A stretch of 64,000 nt of DNA from an uncultured Solirubrobacterales bacterium (GCA_963733075.1 CAVTCA010000022.1:41709-105708); one strand, 5' to 3'. Shown: positions 1 through 10,470, counted from the stretch's first letter. The notes: generated by a model not told the origin, from the sequence alone. A program made the numbers and translations.

Positions 1-512
1 TCCCCCACCTTCGAGCCGGCCGCCTTCGAGTTCTCGGGCAGCTCCATCTCGATGATCTCGAGCCGCTGCTCGGGCAGATCGAGCAGGTGCACGAGCCCGT
101 ACTCCGGGACCTCGTGCTCGATCAGGCGCAGGATCAGGTCCGTCGCCGAGACCACCGGCCTGATCCCGAGCAGCTCGAAGTGCTCGCGGTTGCGGGGGTT
201 GTTGACCCGGGCGATGATCCGGTCGACGAGGTACTTCTCCTTCGCCACCTGGCAGATCAGCATGTTGTCCTCGTCGTCGCCGGTGACCGCGATCACCATG
301 TCGGCGCGCGGGATCCCGGCCCGCTCCAGCACCCAGAGCTCGGAGGCGTCCCCGTACTGGATGTTGTGCTCGAGCTCCTGCTCGACGGTCAGGTAGCGCT
401 CGCGGTTCGACTCGATCAGGGTCACCTCGTTGCCCTTCTCGATCAGCTCTCGCGCCAGGTTCCACCCCACCTTGCCGGCGCCGACGATGATGATGTACTG
501 GCGCTCGCCCAT
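1..512 (-). CDS. trkA: Trk-type K+ transport regulator TrkA (RCK_N plus start of RCK_C); C-terminus lies beyond the window edge
   Basis: Own minus-strand translation from ATG (complement of 510-512): MGERQYIIIVGAGKVGWNLARELIEKGNEVTLIESN...MVIAVTGDDEDNMLICQVAKEKY...VNNPRNREHFELLGI. It has the GxGxxG Rossmann motif and TrkA-typical blocks. It is not in the ORF track because it is open at position 1. Confidence 0.85.
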   Translation of the reverse strand, partial: MGERQYIIIVGAGKVGWNLARELIEKGNEVTLIESNRERYLTVEQELEHNIQYGDASELWVLERAGIPRADMVIAVTGDDEDNMLICQVAKEKYLVDRIIARVNNPRNREHFELLGIRPVVSATDLILRLIEHEVPEYGLVHLLDLPEQRLEIIEMELPENSKAAGSKVG

Positions 513-541
513 CAGTCGCGCGTTGGCCGGGGGTCACTCAT

Positions 542-1027
542 CTAGACGTCCGCGTCCTCGTGGTCGACCGCCCCGACCGGCGCCCCGCGCGGGGTGCCGC
601 GCTCGGCGCTCTCGCGGATCTCCTGCTCGAGCATGTCGATCGCCACCCGGGTCGGGCAGATCGTGTCGAGCCCCTGGTCGGCGTACCACTTGGCGCGGTA
701 CGGGTCGAGGATCCGCGCGATCACCTTCGGCACGTTGAACCGGCGCTTCGCCAGCTGGGCGATGATGATGTTGGTGTTGTCGCCGTCGGTGGAGGCGACG
801 AAGACGTCGGCGCGCTCGATCCCGGCGGCGGTCAGCGCCTCGGTTTCGAGCGCCGTGCCGACGGTGAAGCGGCCGCCCATGTCCTCCCATGGCTTCTCGA
901 GGCCGATCTCGAGCCTCGCGTGCGACTCGGGATCCTCGTCGAGGCAGGACACCTCGTGCCCGTCGGACAGCATGCTGCGGGCCAGCGACGAACCAACCCG
1001 GCCAGCCCCGACGATGAGGACGAACAT
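542..1027 (-). CDS. TrkA-N (RCK N-terminal, NAD-binding) domain protein
   Basis: ORF 542..1027: MFVLIVGAGRVGSSLARSMLSDGHEV...DVFVASTDGDNTNIIIAQLAKR. It has the GxGxxG motif plus the TrkA-N signature. It lies 29 nt upstream of the next trkA-like gene on the same strand. Confidence 0.8.
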   Translation of the reverse strand: MFVLIVGAGRVGSSLARSMLSDGHEVSCLDEDPESHARLEIGLEKPWEDMGGRFTVGTALETEALTAAGIERADVFVASTDGDNTNIIIAQLAKRRFNVPKVIARILDPYRAKWYADQGLDTICPTRVAIDMLEQEIRESAERGTPRGAPVGAVDHEDADV

Positions 1028-1067
1028 GGGGCTGATCTTAGTCGGCAGGCGGGCGCCCGTGCGACGC

Positions 1068-3116
1068 CTACTCGGACACCGGCAATGCGCCCTCGCGACC
1101 GATCGCCTCCTCGCTCGCGGCCTCGGCCGACGCCGCCGAGGCGCGCTGGGAGCCGTCGCTTCGCGGCGCCGTCACCAGCACCCGGCAGGGGGCCCGCCGC
1201 AACACGTACTCGGTCACCGGACCGATCTCGGCCGGGCGCGACCCGCCGATCCCGCCGAGGAGCGCCCCGCCCCGGATCCGGGTGGGCGGCTCGCCTCCCA
1301 TGACGATCATCTCGACCCCACGGTCGCGCGCCGCATCGACGATCCCGGAGCCGACCGAGCGCGCCCGGATCACCGACGGGTGGACCTCGACCGTCTCGTA
1401 CTCCTCGCCCACCTGCTGCGCGCGGTCGAGCGCCGCGTTGGCGGCCTCGGCGCGGTCCGACGGCGGGGGCGAGTCGAGCGGCACGGTCAGCGGCAGGTCG
1501 ATGACGTAGATCACCTCCAGCTTCGGCGCCTGGTCGCCCGGGCGGTCGGCCGCGTCGGCGAGCCGGCCGGCGGTGCCGACGATGTCGTCGTCGAGCTTGG
1601 TCCCGAACACCGGCACCAGGATGTCGCCGTACTCGACCTCGCCGACGTCCTTGACCAGCGCCTCGGCCGGGACCTCGACCCGCTCGGTCAGCGTCATTCC
1701 CTCGAACGCCCTTGCGGTAGACGACGTAGGCGAGCAGCCCGAAGGCCATCCAGGCGCCGCCGACCCAGCGCGCGCTGTCGTGGTAGACGATCACGCTGAT
1801 CCAGGCGAGCGCCGTGAGCACCGCGGCGAGCAGGGTCGGCAGCGGCACCCGCGCCCCGAACAGGCCGATGTCGAACGGGATCCGGAACGGGCGCTCGCGA
1901 TCCGGCTCGGTGATCCGCATCCGGATCACCGAGAGGTGAGCGATCGTGAACGCGATCGTCGCGCCGAACGCGAACAGCCCGCCGAGCAGCTCGACGTCGG
2001 CGGGCACGATCAGGCCGATCGCGATCACCGCGGCGCCGATGATCGCGACGTGCGGGGTCTGAAAGCGCCGGTTCAGCTTGCCGAGCCAGCTCGGGATCTG
2101 ACGGTTGGTCGCGAGCACGTAGACATGGCGCGAGAGCCCGAGCATCGCCGTGTTCGCGGCCCAGATCAGCGCCGCGGGCACCACCAGCGACGACCGCGAC
2201 CTGCATCAGATCCGAGACCCAGGCGGGCTCGAAGTTCTCGACCACCCCCAGCACCGGGTTCTCGAGGTAGGTCGAGCCGAGTGCGGTCTGCGGGCCGTCG
2301 GGGGTCGGGACCACGGGCACCGCCATCAGCGCGACCACGGAGACGCCGACGTAGATCACCGGCACCAGGGCGGCCGCGACCACGACCAGCTTGCGCAGGT
2401 CGATCGGGGCGCTGCGGATGTCCGGCGCGAGATTCGCGGCCGCCTCGATCCCGGCGAAGGCGACGGTCGCGATCACCCCGGCGTAGATCAGGTCGGGGAG
2501 GCTCGGATTGCCCGACGGAGCTGAACGGGTTGAGATCGGTGGTCAGCACGTCGAGGTCGAACGACGTCAGCAGGCCGACTGCGATCACCGCCACCAGCAG
2601 GGTGACGCCGGCGATCGAGATCGTCCCCAGCAGGCGCTGGTGCCGGGACCCGGTCACGCCCGCGATCGTCAGCCCCGCGGTCAGCGCGATCACGAGCGCC
2701 CCGGTGATGATCTCCGCCCCGGTGTCGCTGAACCCCGACCAGATCGGGGTCAGGTAGTGCGGCACCGAGAGCGCCGCAAGCCCGATCACGATCACGTAAT
2801 CGATCAGGATCGCCCAGCCGGCGATGAAGCTGATCAGCTCGTTGTTGAACGCGTGGCGGGCGAAGGTGGCCGACCCCCCTCGCTCGGGCACCATCGCCTC
2901 GCCCTCGACGTAGGTGAGCGTGTTGAGCACGAACACGAGTCCGACCCCGAGGAAGACCAGCGGCGTCAGCCCGAGGCCGCGGTCGGCGACCAGGCCGAGC
3001 GCGAAGTAGAGCGAGAAGCCGACCGCCGAGTAGGCCACCGCGAACAGCAGCGGCACGCCGAGCCAGCGGTTGGTGATCGGCGAGCGCTCGCCCCCGGCCT
3101 TGAACGGGTCGATCAA
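1068..3116 (-). CDS. APC-family amino acid permease with C-terminal universal stress protein (USP) domain, paralog 1; frame-disrupted as sequenced (at least 3 shifts)
   Basis: Family-typical sequence is spread over frames. The N-terminal TMs are in ORF 2166..3116 (MIDPFKAGGERSPITNRWLGVPLLFAVAYSAVGFSLYFALG...). The middle is in ORF 1694..2476, and the C-terminal TMs are in ORF 832..2184 (...FGATIAFTIAHLSVIRMRITEPDRERPFRIP...). The USP domain is ORF 1068..1697. The junction YVVYRKG / FEGMTLTERVEV parallels the junction in paralog 2, so permease and USP form one polypeptide. Confidence 0.75.
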
Positions 3117-3319
3117 TCTCTGCCTCCACGCAGCGACAGGTAGAGCCGGCCGAGCCCGAGGCCGGTGAAGATCAGGCCGAGCCAGATCCCTCCGGCGGCG
3201 GCACCGCCGCCGTTGGCGAGGGTGACGACGATGATCGCGACCCCGAAGCAGGTGATGATCGCGGCGAACACGCGGGTCACCCCGCGGTAGACCTCGTCGG
3301 GCGCCGGCTGGGGGCTCAC
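3113..3319 (-). CDS. small hydrophobic protein (two predicted TM helices), unknown function
   Basis: 68-aa ORF, VFAAIITCFGVAIIVVTLANGG...GIWLGLIFTGLGLGRLYL. Its stop overlaps the start of permease paralog 1 by 4 nt, and it sits between the two permease paralogs. Confidence 0.5.
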   Translation of the reverse strand: MSPQPAPDEVYRGVTRVFAAIITCFGVAIIVVTLANGGGAAAGGIWLGLIFTGLGLGRLYLSLRGGRD

Positions 3320-3371
3320 CGAAGCCGCCTCAACATCGGCGGGGTTCGGCTTCGTCCTGTCGGACTCCGCC

Positions 3372-5302
3372 TCACTGAACCGTCCCTCCGACGGGTGAGC
3401 CGTCCGCGGCCTCGCCGGGGTGGGCCGAGACGATCACCCGGCAGGGGCGCTTGCCGAGCACGGTCTGGAGGGTCTTGCCGTAGAGCGGCGCACCGCCGCG
3501 ATAGCGAAGGGGCATCACGATCGCCGCCGCGTTGATCGACTTCGCCTCCTCGACGATCGCGTTCCCGGCCTGTCCCATGCGGACGTGCTCGACCGAGCCG
3601 CTGACCCGCTGGCCGCAGATCAGCTTCGCCTGCTCGAGCTTGCTGCGGGCCGCGGCCTCGCGCCCGTCGAGCGTCGCGTCCAGGGGGAGGTTGGCGGGCA
3701 CGTTGATCAGCGAGAGCACGTGGATCGCACGGCGCCGGCGGGCCGCGAGCGCCTTCGCCGTCGCCACGGCCTCCTCGGAGAACGGGTCGTCCTCGTCGAA
3801 GGCGACGAGCACGCTCCGATACTCGACCTCCTGGACCCCGAGCGGGGGTCAGCGCGTCGACCTTCACCGTCTCGGTGAGCGGCAGCTCCTGGTGGCGGCG
3901 GTAGGCGACGTAGAGCAGCGTGCCGGCGACCATCCAGCCGCCGCCGGTGACCAGGATCACCGGGTCGAGCACCATCGCGACGACGAACGCCCCGGCGGTC
4001 CCGAGCCCGCCGAGCACCGCCATCACCGGCACGTCCACGCCCGCGACCCGCAGCGTGCCCGGCGAATGCCACAGCGGCTCCCCGTCGGTGCCGGCCGGCC
4101 GGCTCGCGAGTGGCCGCAGCTGGCGCAGGCGGATCAACGAGGCGTGGGCGACGGTGAACGACGCGGTGGCGCCGAAGGCGTAGATCGCGCCGAGGAAGGC
4201 CGTCTCGCCGGGCGCCATCACGATCGCGGCGATGACCGAGAAGACGATGATCGCGATGTACGGGGTCTTGAACCGCGGGTGGACCTGGCGCAGGAGCTCC
4301 GGTAGCTGCCGGTGCTGGCCCATCGAGAACGTCAGGCGCGAGAGCCCGATCAGCGCCGGCGTTGGTGGCGATCAGGAGGATCACCGCGGCGAGGATCCCG
4401 ACGTAGACCGCGAGCGCATCGGTGAGCCCCGGGCTGAGGCCGATGTTCTCGACGATGCCGAGCACCGGGTCGTCGGCGAACGTGGTCCCGAGCTCGGTCG
4501 TGTAGTCGCCGTCGGCCTCGCGCGTCACCGGCATCGCCGAGAGCGCGATCGCCGGCAGCAGCGCGTAGAGGCCGACCACGGCCGCGACCACCATCCCGGT
4601 GCCGCGGGGGATCGTGCGCGAGGAGTCGCGCGCCTCCTCGGCCATGTTCGAGATCGTCTCGATCCCGGTGTACGCGACCATCCCGACCGCGATGCCGAGC
4701 GCGAAGTCGCCCCAGCTCGGCACGGTGCCGAGGTCGACCTGGCGGACCAGCAGGTCGGGGTCGAAGACGAGCGCGAGGCCGATCGCGACGAGCGCGATCT
4801 GGGTCAGCAGATCGGCGATCGCGAGCACGATGTTGAGGCGCGCCGACTCCTCGGTCCCCTTCACGTTCAGCGCCGCCAGCAGCGCGACCACGCCGATGCC
4901 GAAGAGGACGTCGGCCGGGCCCGTGCCCGAGCGGATCCCAGAAGACCGCGAGGTAGTGGGGGACGAAGAAGGCCGAGATCGCGACCGTGACGATGTAGGT
5001 GAGCATCTGCGCCCAGCGCGGCGAGGAAGGAGGTGAACTCGTTGAACGCGTGGCGGGCGAAGCTCGACGGATCCGCCGGCCTCCGGGTAGAGCACCGTCG
5101 CCTCGACGTAGGTGGCGGCGGTGAAGGCGAAGATCAGCCCGGCGATCATGAACGTCACCGGGGTCAGCCCGAGCGCGTAGAGGGCGACGATCCCGAGCGC
5201 GTAGTAGATCGACGAGCCGACGTTGCCGTACGCGGCGGCGAACAGCGCGCCGGAACCGTGGACCCGGCGCAGCGCCGCCTCGCGTGGATGTCGCTCGGCC
5301 AT
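3372..5302 (-). CDS. APC-family amino acid permease with C-terminal USP domain, paralog 2; frame-disrupted as sequenced (at least 4 shifts)
   Basis: The pieces are ORFs 3707..5302 (MAERHPREAALRRVHGSGALFAAAYGNVGSSIYYALG... and the central TMs), 4350..5006, 3316..4323 (...FKTPYIAIIVFSVIAAIV...) and the USP domain ORF 3372..3812. The junction VKVDALTP / LGVQEVEYRSVLVAFDED is restored by changing the length of the G5 run at 3844-3848 by one base. Confidence 0.75.
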
Positions 5303-5330
5303 CAGGTGCTCGTCGCTTGAGGGGGCACTT

Positions 5331-6416
5331 TCAGCCTCCGAGTCTAGGCGCGGCCCGGACGTGCTCAGGCGTGATCTGCGCTGGCGTTGGGCAGCCGAGC
5401 AGCACCAGCGCCAGCTCGACCTCCGCCCGCAGGATCTCGAGCACGTGCCGGGCCCCCCGCTCCCCGCCGACCGCGAGGCCCCAGAGGGGCGCCCGCCCGG
5501 CGAGCACCGCCCGCGCCCCGAGCGCCAGGGCCGTGACCACGTCGGTTCCCCGGCGGATCCCGCCGTCGATCAGCACCTCGCAGCGACCGTCGACGGCCTC
5601 GACCACCTCCGGGAGGATCTCGAGCGTCGCCGGGACGCCGTCGAGCTGGCGCCCGCCGTGGTTGGAGACGACCACAGCCGCGGCGCCGTGATCGAGCGCC
5701 AGGCGCGCGTCGGCGCCGGTCTGGACTCCCTTGAGCACGATCGGCAGCGAGCAGTCCGAGGCGAGCGCGGCGAAGTCGTCCCAGGCGAGCGTCGGGTCGA
5801 CGAGCCCGAAGACCTCCTCGACCGTGATCGGGCGATCGGAGCCAATCGCCGCGGCGACCGCCGGCGCGGTGATCTCCGGCGGGACCACGAAGCCGGTCCG
5901 CAGGTCACGCTCGCGCCGGCCGGCCCGCGGGGCATCCACGGTGAGCGCGATCGCGTCGAAGCCCGAGTCGACGGCCTCGGCGATCAACGCCCGGGTGATG
6001 CCCCTGTCGCTGAAGCAGTAGAGCTGAAACCAGCGTGGCGCCGGCGGGGCCTCGGCCGCGATCTCCGCCGGGTGCGAGGTCGCGATCGTCGACAGGGCCA
6101 TGATCGTCCCGGCTGCTGCGGCCGCACGCGCCATCGCCACCTCGCCGTCGGGGTCGACGAGGCGCTGGAAGGCGACGGGGGCGACCAGCAGCGGCATCGA
6201 GATCTCGGCGCCGAGCACGGTGGTGGCGGTGCTCACGCCGCCCACGTCGACCAGCACCCGCGGATGCAGCGTCCAGCGGCCGTAGGCGGCGACGTTCTCG
6301 CGCAGGGTGCGCTCGTCGCCGGCGCCGCCCGCGAAGTAGCCGTGGACGCCCGGGTCGAGGCGCTCGGCGGCGAGCCGCTCGTAGTCGGCAACGTTGATCG
6401 GCTCGGGCGCGCTCAC
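5331..6416 (-). CDS. FMN-dependent alpha-hydroxy acid dehydrogenase/oxidase (L-lactate dehydrogenase / glycolate oxidase family)
   Basis: Intact 361-aa ORF with family blocks: ...WFQLY...DAIALTVDAP..., SLPIVLKGV, VVVSNHGGRQLDG, IDGGIRRGTDV. The start codon is GTG. Confidence 0.85.
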   Translation of the reverse strand: MSAPEPINVADYERLAAERLDPGVHGYFAGGAGDERTLRENVAAYGRWTLHPRVLVDVGGVSTATTVLGAEISMPLLVAPVAFQRLVDPDGEVAMARAAAAAGTIMALSTIATSHPAEIAAEAPPAPRWFQLYCFSDRGITRALIAEAVDSGFDAIALTVDAPRAGRRERDLRTGFVVPPEITAPAVAAAIGSDRPITVEEVFGLVDPTLAWDDFAALASDCSLPIVLKGVQTGADARLALDHGAAAVVVSNHGGRQLDGVPATLEILPEVVEAVDGRCEVLIDGGIRRGTDVVTALALGARAVLAGRAPLWGLAVGGERGARHVLEILRAEVELALVLLGCPTPAQITPEHVRAAPRLGG

Positions 6417-6456
6417 GCGCGCTCGACGATACTTTCAGGCGCGGTCCGTGGGCCGT

Positions 6457-6690
6457 TCAGGCGCGGTCGGTGAGCGCGTCGACGCCCTCCTCGCCGGCGC
6501 AGTGGGCGCAGCAGAAGATCGAGCCGTTGGCCTCCACGCCATGCCCGATGATCCGGCAGCCGCAATGGTCACAGCGAGGCGCGAGCGCCTCGATCGCGCA
6601 CTCGAACGAGTCGAACGTGTGCGTCTCGCCGTCTCGCGAGACCGTGAACGCCTTGTCGTAGTCGTTCCCGCAAACCTCGCACTGCGCCAT
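6457..6690 (-). CDS. small Cys/His-rich protein, putative metal-binding (metallothionein-like)
   Basis: 77 aa with 9 Cys and 4 His in CxxC, CxHCGC and FCCAHCA arrangements: MAQCEVCGNDYDK...CDHCGCRIIGHG...IFCCAHCAGEEG. The family name is not certain. Confidence 0.55.
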   Translation of the reverse strand: MAQCEVCGNDYDKAFTVSRDGETHTFDSFECAIEALAPRCDHCGCRIIGHGVEANGSIFCCAHCAGEEGVDALTDRA

Positions 6691-6702
6691 CCTCGACTCC
6701 CT

Positions 6703-6960
6703 TCAACGCTTGGCGGCGGCGATCGCGCGCCGCAGCTCGTCCTTGCCCATCTTCGAGCGACCGCGGACCTCAAGCTTCCGCGCTTCGTCGTTGAGCTCGG
6801 CGCGGGTCTTCGCTTCGCCCTGGCGGACCTTGTTCGCCTCTTTGCCGAGTGCGGTCCTGGTGCGCTTCGGGAGGTTCTTCAGGGTCTGCTTCTTGCGCGC
6901 TCCGGCCTGCGCCCGCTTTACGTTGCGCTTGGCCGCGGCGCGCTGCCTCTTGGTTGCCAT
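6703..6960 (-). CDS. small highly basic protein with a Rho_N-like C-terminal motif
   Basis: 85 aa, Lys/Arg-rich (MATKRQRAAAKRNVKRAQAGARKK...). The tail RGRSKMGKDELRRAIAAAKR resembles the Rho termination factor N-terminal helix-hairpin. It ends 12 nt upstream of the Cys-rich gene. Confidence 0.5.
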   Translation of the reverse strand: MATKRQRAAAKRNVKRAQAGARKKQTLKNLPKRTRTALGKEANKVRQGEAKTRAELNDEARKLEVRGRSKMGKDELRRAIAAAKR

Positions 6961-6997
6961 ACTGCGGTCCTACCCCCTGAGACGTGACCGAACCGGC

Positions 6998-7375
6998 ATC
7001 TCCGAGCTGATCCACACCTGTTACCGCGTCCTCGACCTGGAGCGCTCGGCCGACTTCTACGGCAAGCTCGGCTTCGAGGAGGTGCGCCGGATGCCGATCG
7101 GCGACGAGGCGACGAACCTGTTCATGGGCCTGCCCGGCGACGGGGCGCGGCTCGAGCTCACCCTCAACCACGGCCGCACGGAGCCGTATGAGATCGGCAC
7201 CGGCTACGGCCATATCGCGATCACCACCGACGACCTCGACGCCACCCTCGAGCGCCTCGCCGGGGTCGGGATCGAGCCCGAGCGCCCGCCGTACTCGGTT
7301 CGCGAGGGCGGCTCGCGGATCTGCTTCGTGCGCGACCCCGACGACTACAGGATCGAACTGATCGAGCGGGCTTGA
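6998..7375 (+). CDS. gloA: lactoylglutathione lyase (glyoxalase I, VOC superfamily); start codon uncertain
   Basis: The 3' part of ORF 6710..7375 reads ELIHTCYRVLDLERSADFYGKLGFEEVRR...LELTLNHG...YGHIAITTDDLDATLERLAGVGIE...ICFVRDPDDYRIELIE. There is no in-frame ATG/GTG/TTG near the expected N-terminus. GTG 6984 is out of frame, which may reflect another indel. Confidence 0.7.
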   Translation: MSELIHTCYRVLDLERSADFYGKLGFEEVRRMPIGDEATNLFMGLPGDGARLELTLNHGRTEPYEIGTGYGHIAITTDDLDATLERLAGVGIEPERPPYSVREGGSRICFVRDPDDYRIELIERA

Positions 7376-7382
7376 GTTCCGG

Positions 7383-7733
7383 CTAGTTGGCTGAGCCCTC
7401 GAGCGGCGCACCGCCGAAGCCGATCTCGTTCCCGTCGGGGTCGCGGTAGGTCGCCTTGCGGACCCCGTTGCGGTAGGTCTCCCGCTTCGCCGGCTCGATC
7501 CCGCGAGCCGCGATGTCCTTCACCACGGCCTCGAGATCGTCCGCGAAGATCGTATGTGCGGCGTGTCCGGCTCGCTCCGAGTCCTGGTTGATGAAGACGA
7601 AGCGATGCTCGCCGAGCTCCCAGACGCACTCGGTTTCGTGGGCGACGAAGGCCGGCTCCGAACCCAGGAGGCGCTCGTACCAGGGCTTCGCCTCCTCGTA
7701 GTCGCGCACGTAGATTCCCGCGAAGAGGTCCAT
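7383..7733 (-). CDS. VOC/glyoxalase-bleomycin resistance family protein
   Basis: Intact 116-aa ORF, MDLFAGIYVRDYEEAKPWYERLLGSEP...ATYRDPDGNEIGFGG. Confidence 0.7.
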   Translation of the reverse strand: MDLFAGIYVRDYEEAKPWYERLLGSEPAFVAHETECVWELGEHRFVFINQDSERAGHAAHTIFADDLEAVVKDIAARGIEPAKRETYRNGVRKATYRDPDGNEIGFGGAPLEGSAN

Positions 7734-7755
7734 GACCTCATCGGAGTTTCAGCGA

Positions 7756-9834
7756 TCAGAAGTTGACGATCGGGATGATCAGGATCGCGACGATGTTGGC
7801 GACCTTGATCATCGGGTTGATCGCCGGGCCGGCAGTGTCCTTGTAGGGGTCGCCGACGGTGTCGCCGGTGACCGAGGCCGCGTGGGCCTCCGACCCCTTG
7901 CCGCCGAACGCCCCGTCCTCGATCAGCTTCTTCGCGTTGTCCCAGGCGCCGCCGCCGGCGGTCATCGAGAGGGCGACGAACAGCCCGACGACGATCACCC
8001 CGATCAGCAGCCCGCCGAGCGCCTTGACGCTGATCATCCCGACGATCACCGGGACGATGATCGGGATCAGCGAGGGCAGGATCATCTCGCGCTGCGCGGC
8101 GGCGGTGACGATGCCGACGGTCTGCGCGTAATCGGGCTTCGAGGTGCCCTCCATGATCCCCGGGTTCTCGCGGAACTGCTTGCGGACCTGCTCGACGACC
8201 TCGCCGCCGGCGCGGCCGACCGCCTCGATCGCGAGCGCCGCGAACAGGTAGACCATCATCCCGCCGACGAGCAGGCCGATCAGCACCGCCGGATCGGAGA
8301 TCAGGAACTGGAGGCCGACGCCCCCCTCCTCCTCGGCGAGCTCGATCTGGAACGCGGCGAACAGCACCAGGGCGGCGAGGGCGGCGGAGCCGATCGCGTA
8401 GCCCTTGGTCACCGCCTTGGTCGTGTTGCCGACCGCGTCGAGCGGGTCGGTGACGTTGCGGACGTCCTCCGGAAGCTCCGCCATCTCGGCGATCCCGCCG
8501 GCATTGTCGGTGATCGGGCCGAAGGCATCGAGAGCGACGATCAGGCCGCAGAGCGAGAGCTGCGCGGTGACCGCGACCGCGATCCCGTAGATCCCCGCCA
8601 GCTCGTTGGCGCCGAAGATCGCCAGCGCGATCAGCAGCGCCGGAGCGACCGCCGACTGAAAGCCCTGCGCCAGCCCCTGGATGATGTTGGTCGCGTGGCC
8701 GGTGACCGAAGCCTGGCTGATGGTCTTCACCGGCCGGAAGCGGGTCGAGGTGTAGTAGTCGGTGATCACGAAGAGGCCGCCGGTGACGAACAGGCCGATC
8801 AGCGCGCAGAACCACAGGTCGCTGACCGAAGCGCCGAACAGGGCGCTGCCCGGGTCCTCGATCCCGAGCGAGAGCGCGTCGCTCATCAGCCAGTCGGTGA
8901 CCGGGTAGAAGGCGGCCGCGCAGATCAGCGCCGAGATGATCAGCCCGCGATAGAGGGCGCCCTCGACCCGGTCGGTGGCGGTGCGCACCGCGAGCGCGCC
9001 GACGATCGAGGCGAGGATCGCGACGCCGCCGAGCACCAGCGGGTAGAGCGCCACCTCGCGGGCGAAGTCCTCGGCGAAGGTGAGCACGCCGAGCAGCATC
9101 ACGGCGACGGTGGTCACCGCGTAGGTCTCGAACAGGTCGGCGGCCATCCCGGCGCAGTCGCCGACGTTGTCGCCGACGTTGTCGGCGATCACCGCCGGGT
9201 TGCGAGGATCGTCCTCTGGGATCCCGGCCTCGACCTTGCCCACCAGGTCGGCGCCGACGTCGGCCGCCTTGGTGAAGATGCCGCCCCCGAGCCGGGCGAA
9301 GACCGAGATCAGGGAGCCGCCGAAGCCGAGCCCGATGAGCGCGTCGATCGCCTCCTTGTCGGTCTGGTCGGCGGCGACCAGGATGCCGAAGTAGCCGGCG
9401 ACGCCCAGCAGCGCCAGGCCGACGACGAGCAGGCCTGTAACCGAGCCGCCCTTGAAGGCGACGTCGAGCGCCGGGGGCACGCCGCCGCGAGCAGCCTCGG
9501 CGACCCGGGCGTTGGCCCGCACGGAGAGGTTCATGCCGATGAAGCCGGCGGCGCCGGAGAGCACGCCGCCGATCACGAAGCCGATTCCGGTGCTGACGTC
9601 CTGGAGGATCGCGATCAGGATCGCAAGCGGGATCGCGACGATCGCGATGATCATGTACTGGCGGTTGAGGTAGGCCTTGGCCCCTTCCTGGACCGCGCCC
9701 GAGATCTCCCGCATGCGCTCGTTGCCGGCCGAGCGGCCGAGCAGCCGCTGGGTCACGAGCGCGCCGTAGAGCACCGCGGCACCGGCGCACACGAGCGCGA
9801 TCAAGATGCCGTAGTCGGTCAGGAAGTCGGTCAA
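7756..9834 (-). CDS. hppA: membrane-bound proton/sodium-translocating inorganic pyrophosphatase
   Basis: Intact 692-aa polytopic ORF with H+-PPase signature blocks: [56 protein letters not shown] and [12 protein letters not shown]...[30 protein letters not shown] start with a GGAGGA Shine-Dalgarno motif upstream. Confidence 0.95.
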   Translation of the reverse strand: MTDFLTDYGILIALVCAGAAVLYGALVTQRLLGRSAGNERMREISGAVQEGAKAYLNRQYMIIAIVAIPLAILIAILQDVSTGIGFVIGGVLSGAAGFIGMNLSVRANARVAEAARGGVPPALDVAFKGGSVTGLLVVGLALLGVAGYFGILVAADQTDKEAIDALIGLGFGGSLISVFARLGGGIFTKAADVGADLVGKVEAGIPEDDPRNPAVIADNVGDNVGDCAGMAADLFETYAVTTVAVMLLGVLTFAEDFAREVALYPLVLGGVAILASIVGALAVRTATDRVEGALYRGLIISALICAAAFYPVTDWLMSDALSLGIEDPGSALFGASVSDLWFCALIGLFVTGGLFVITDYYTSTRFRPVKTISQASVTGHATNIIQGLAQGFQSAVAPALLIALAIFGANELAGIYGIAVAVTAQLSLCGLIVALDAFGPITDNAGGIAEMAELPEDVRNVTDPLDAVGNTTKAVTKGYAIGSAALAALVLFAAFQIELAEEEGGVGLQFLISDPAVLIGLLVGGMMVYLFAALAIEAVGRAGGEVVEQVRKQFRENPGIMEGTSKPDYAQTVGIVTAAAQREMILPSLIPIIVPVIVGMISVKALGGLLIGVIVVGLFVALSMTAGGGAWDNAKKLIEDGAFGGKGSEAHAASVTGDTVGDPYKDTAGPAINPMIKVANIVAILIIPIVNF

Positions 9835-9868
9835 GTGAGGTCCTCCGTAAGGGTCTTTTCAGTCAGAA

Positions 9869-9891
9869 GCGGCCGGGAACGGTCCGGCCGC
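9869..9891 (-). terminator. GC-rich hairpin downstream of the DUF1844 gene (candidate intrinsic terminator)
   Basis: The minus strand reads GCGGCCGG-ACCGTTC-CCGGCCGC (8-bp stem) followed by TTCTGACTGAAAAG. It lies in the gap between the DUF1844 stop and the hppA RBS. The U-tract is weak. Confidence 0.35.
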
Positions 9892-9984
9892 GAGGCGGCG
9901 GGTACTGTAGACGATTGACGGCGGATCGCGTGGACCCGAGGGGGCGCGGGATCCGGGTCACTCGTCTTCGCGAGCGAGCCGGAT

Positions 9985-10439
9985 TCAGGGCGAACCGGGG
10001 GTCCACAGCCGTGGCGGCGGCTCGGTCTTCGGGGCCTCGGGCGAGCCGCCGGGCGAGGGGCGGCGCCGGGGCCGCCGGCGGCCTCGGCGCCCTTCGTCTC
10101 CCGCACGTAGAGCATCTGCACCTGCGCGAGCGCCTCGCGAACCTGCTCGCGCGGGGCCTCGTCGAGCAGGTCGACCACGGCGCGGACGGCGTCGATCCCG
10201 ATCCGGGCCTGCTCGAGGTCGCGCTCGTCCTCCTTGCCGATCCGCCGGGCGGCGAGGTTGAGGATGCTCGCGACGCTCTCCAGCAGCAGGTCCTGGACGC
10301 GGATCTGGCGCAGCTGCTCCTCGAGCCGCCGCTGCAGCTCCTCCTGGTCGGGGGCGTCGCCCGCCTCCGGGGCACCGCCCGCGCCGTGCGCATCGGCCGC
10401 GTCACCCGCTCCGGGCGCATCGCGTGCTTCATCCACCAT
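9985..10439 (-). CDS. DUF1844-like protein; one frame shift near 10040-10090
   Basis: From ATG 10439: MVDEARD...IRVQDLLLESVASILNLAARRIGKEDERDLEQARIGIDAVRAVVDLLDEAPREQVREALAQVQMLYVRE. A family-typical C-terminus (...PEAPKTEPPPRLWTPGSP-stop at 9985-9987) appears only in another frame. Confidence 0.55.
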
Positions 10440-10470
10440 GGCCGGGGGTCTAGCAGCTTCGTCGGCGCGA

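Noticed and set aside
6434-6467. 13-nt direct repeat TTCAGGCGCGGTC (x2, 21 nt apart), the second copy carrying the stop of the Cys-rich gene
   Set aside because: It is short and GC-rich and could arise by chance. It is reminiscent of the stop-codon-associated repeats elsewhere but shares no sequence with them.
7520-9918. 756-aa and 728-aa ORFs overlapping hppA in other frames or on the other strand
   Set aside because: They have the same GC-artefact composition (R/G/D/P-rich). hppA in frame 7756..9834 carries all the pyrophosphatase signature blocks.
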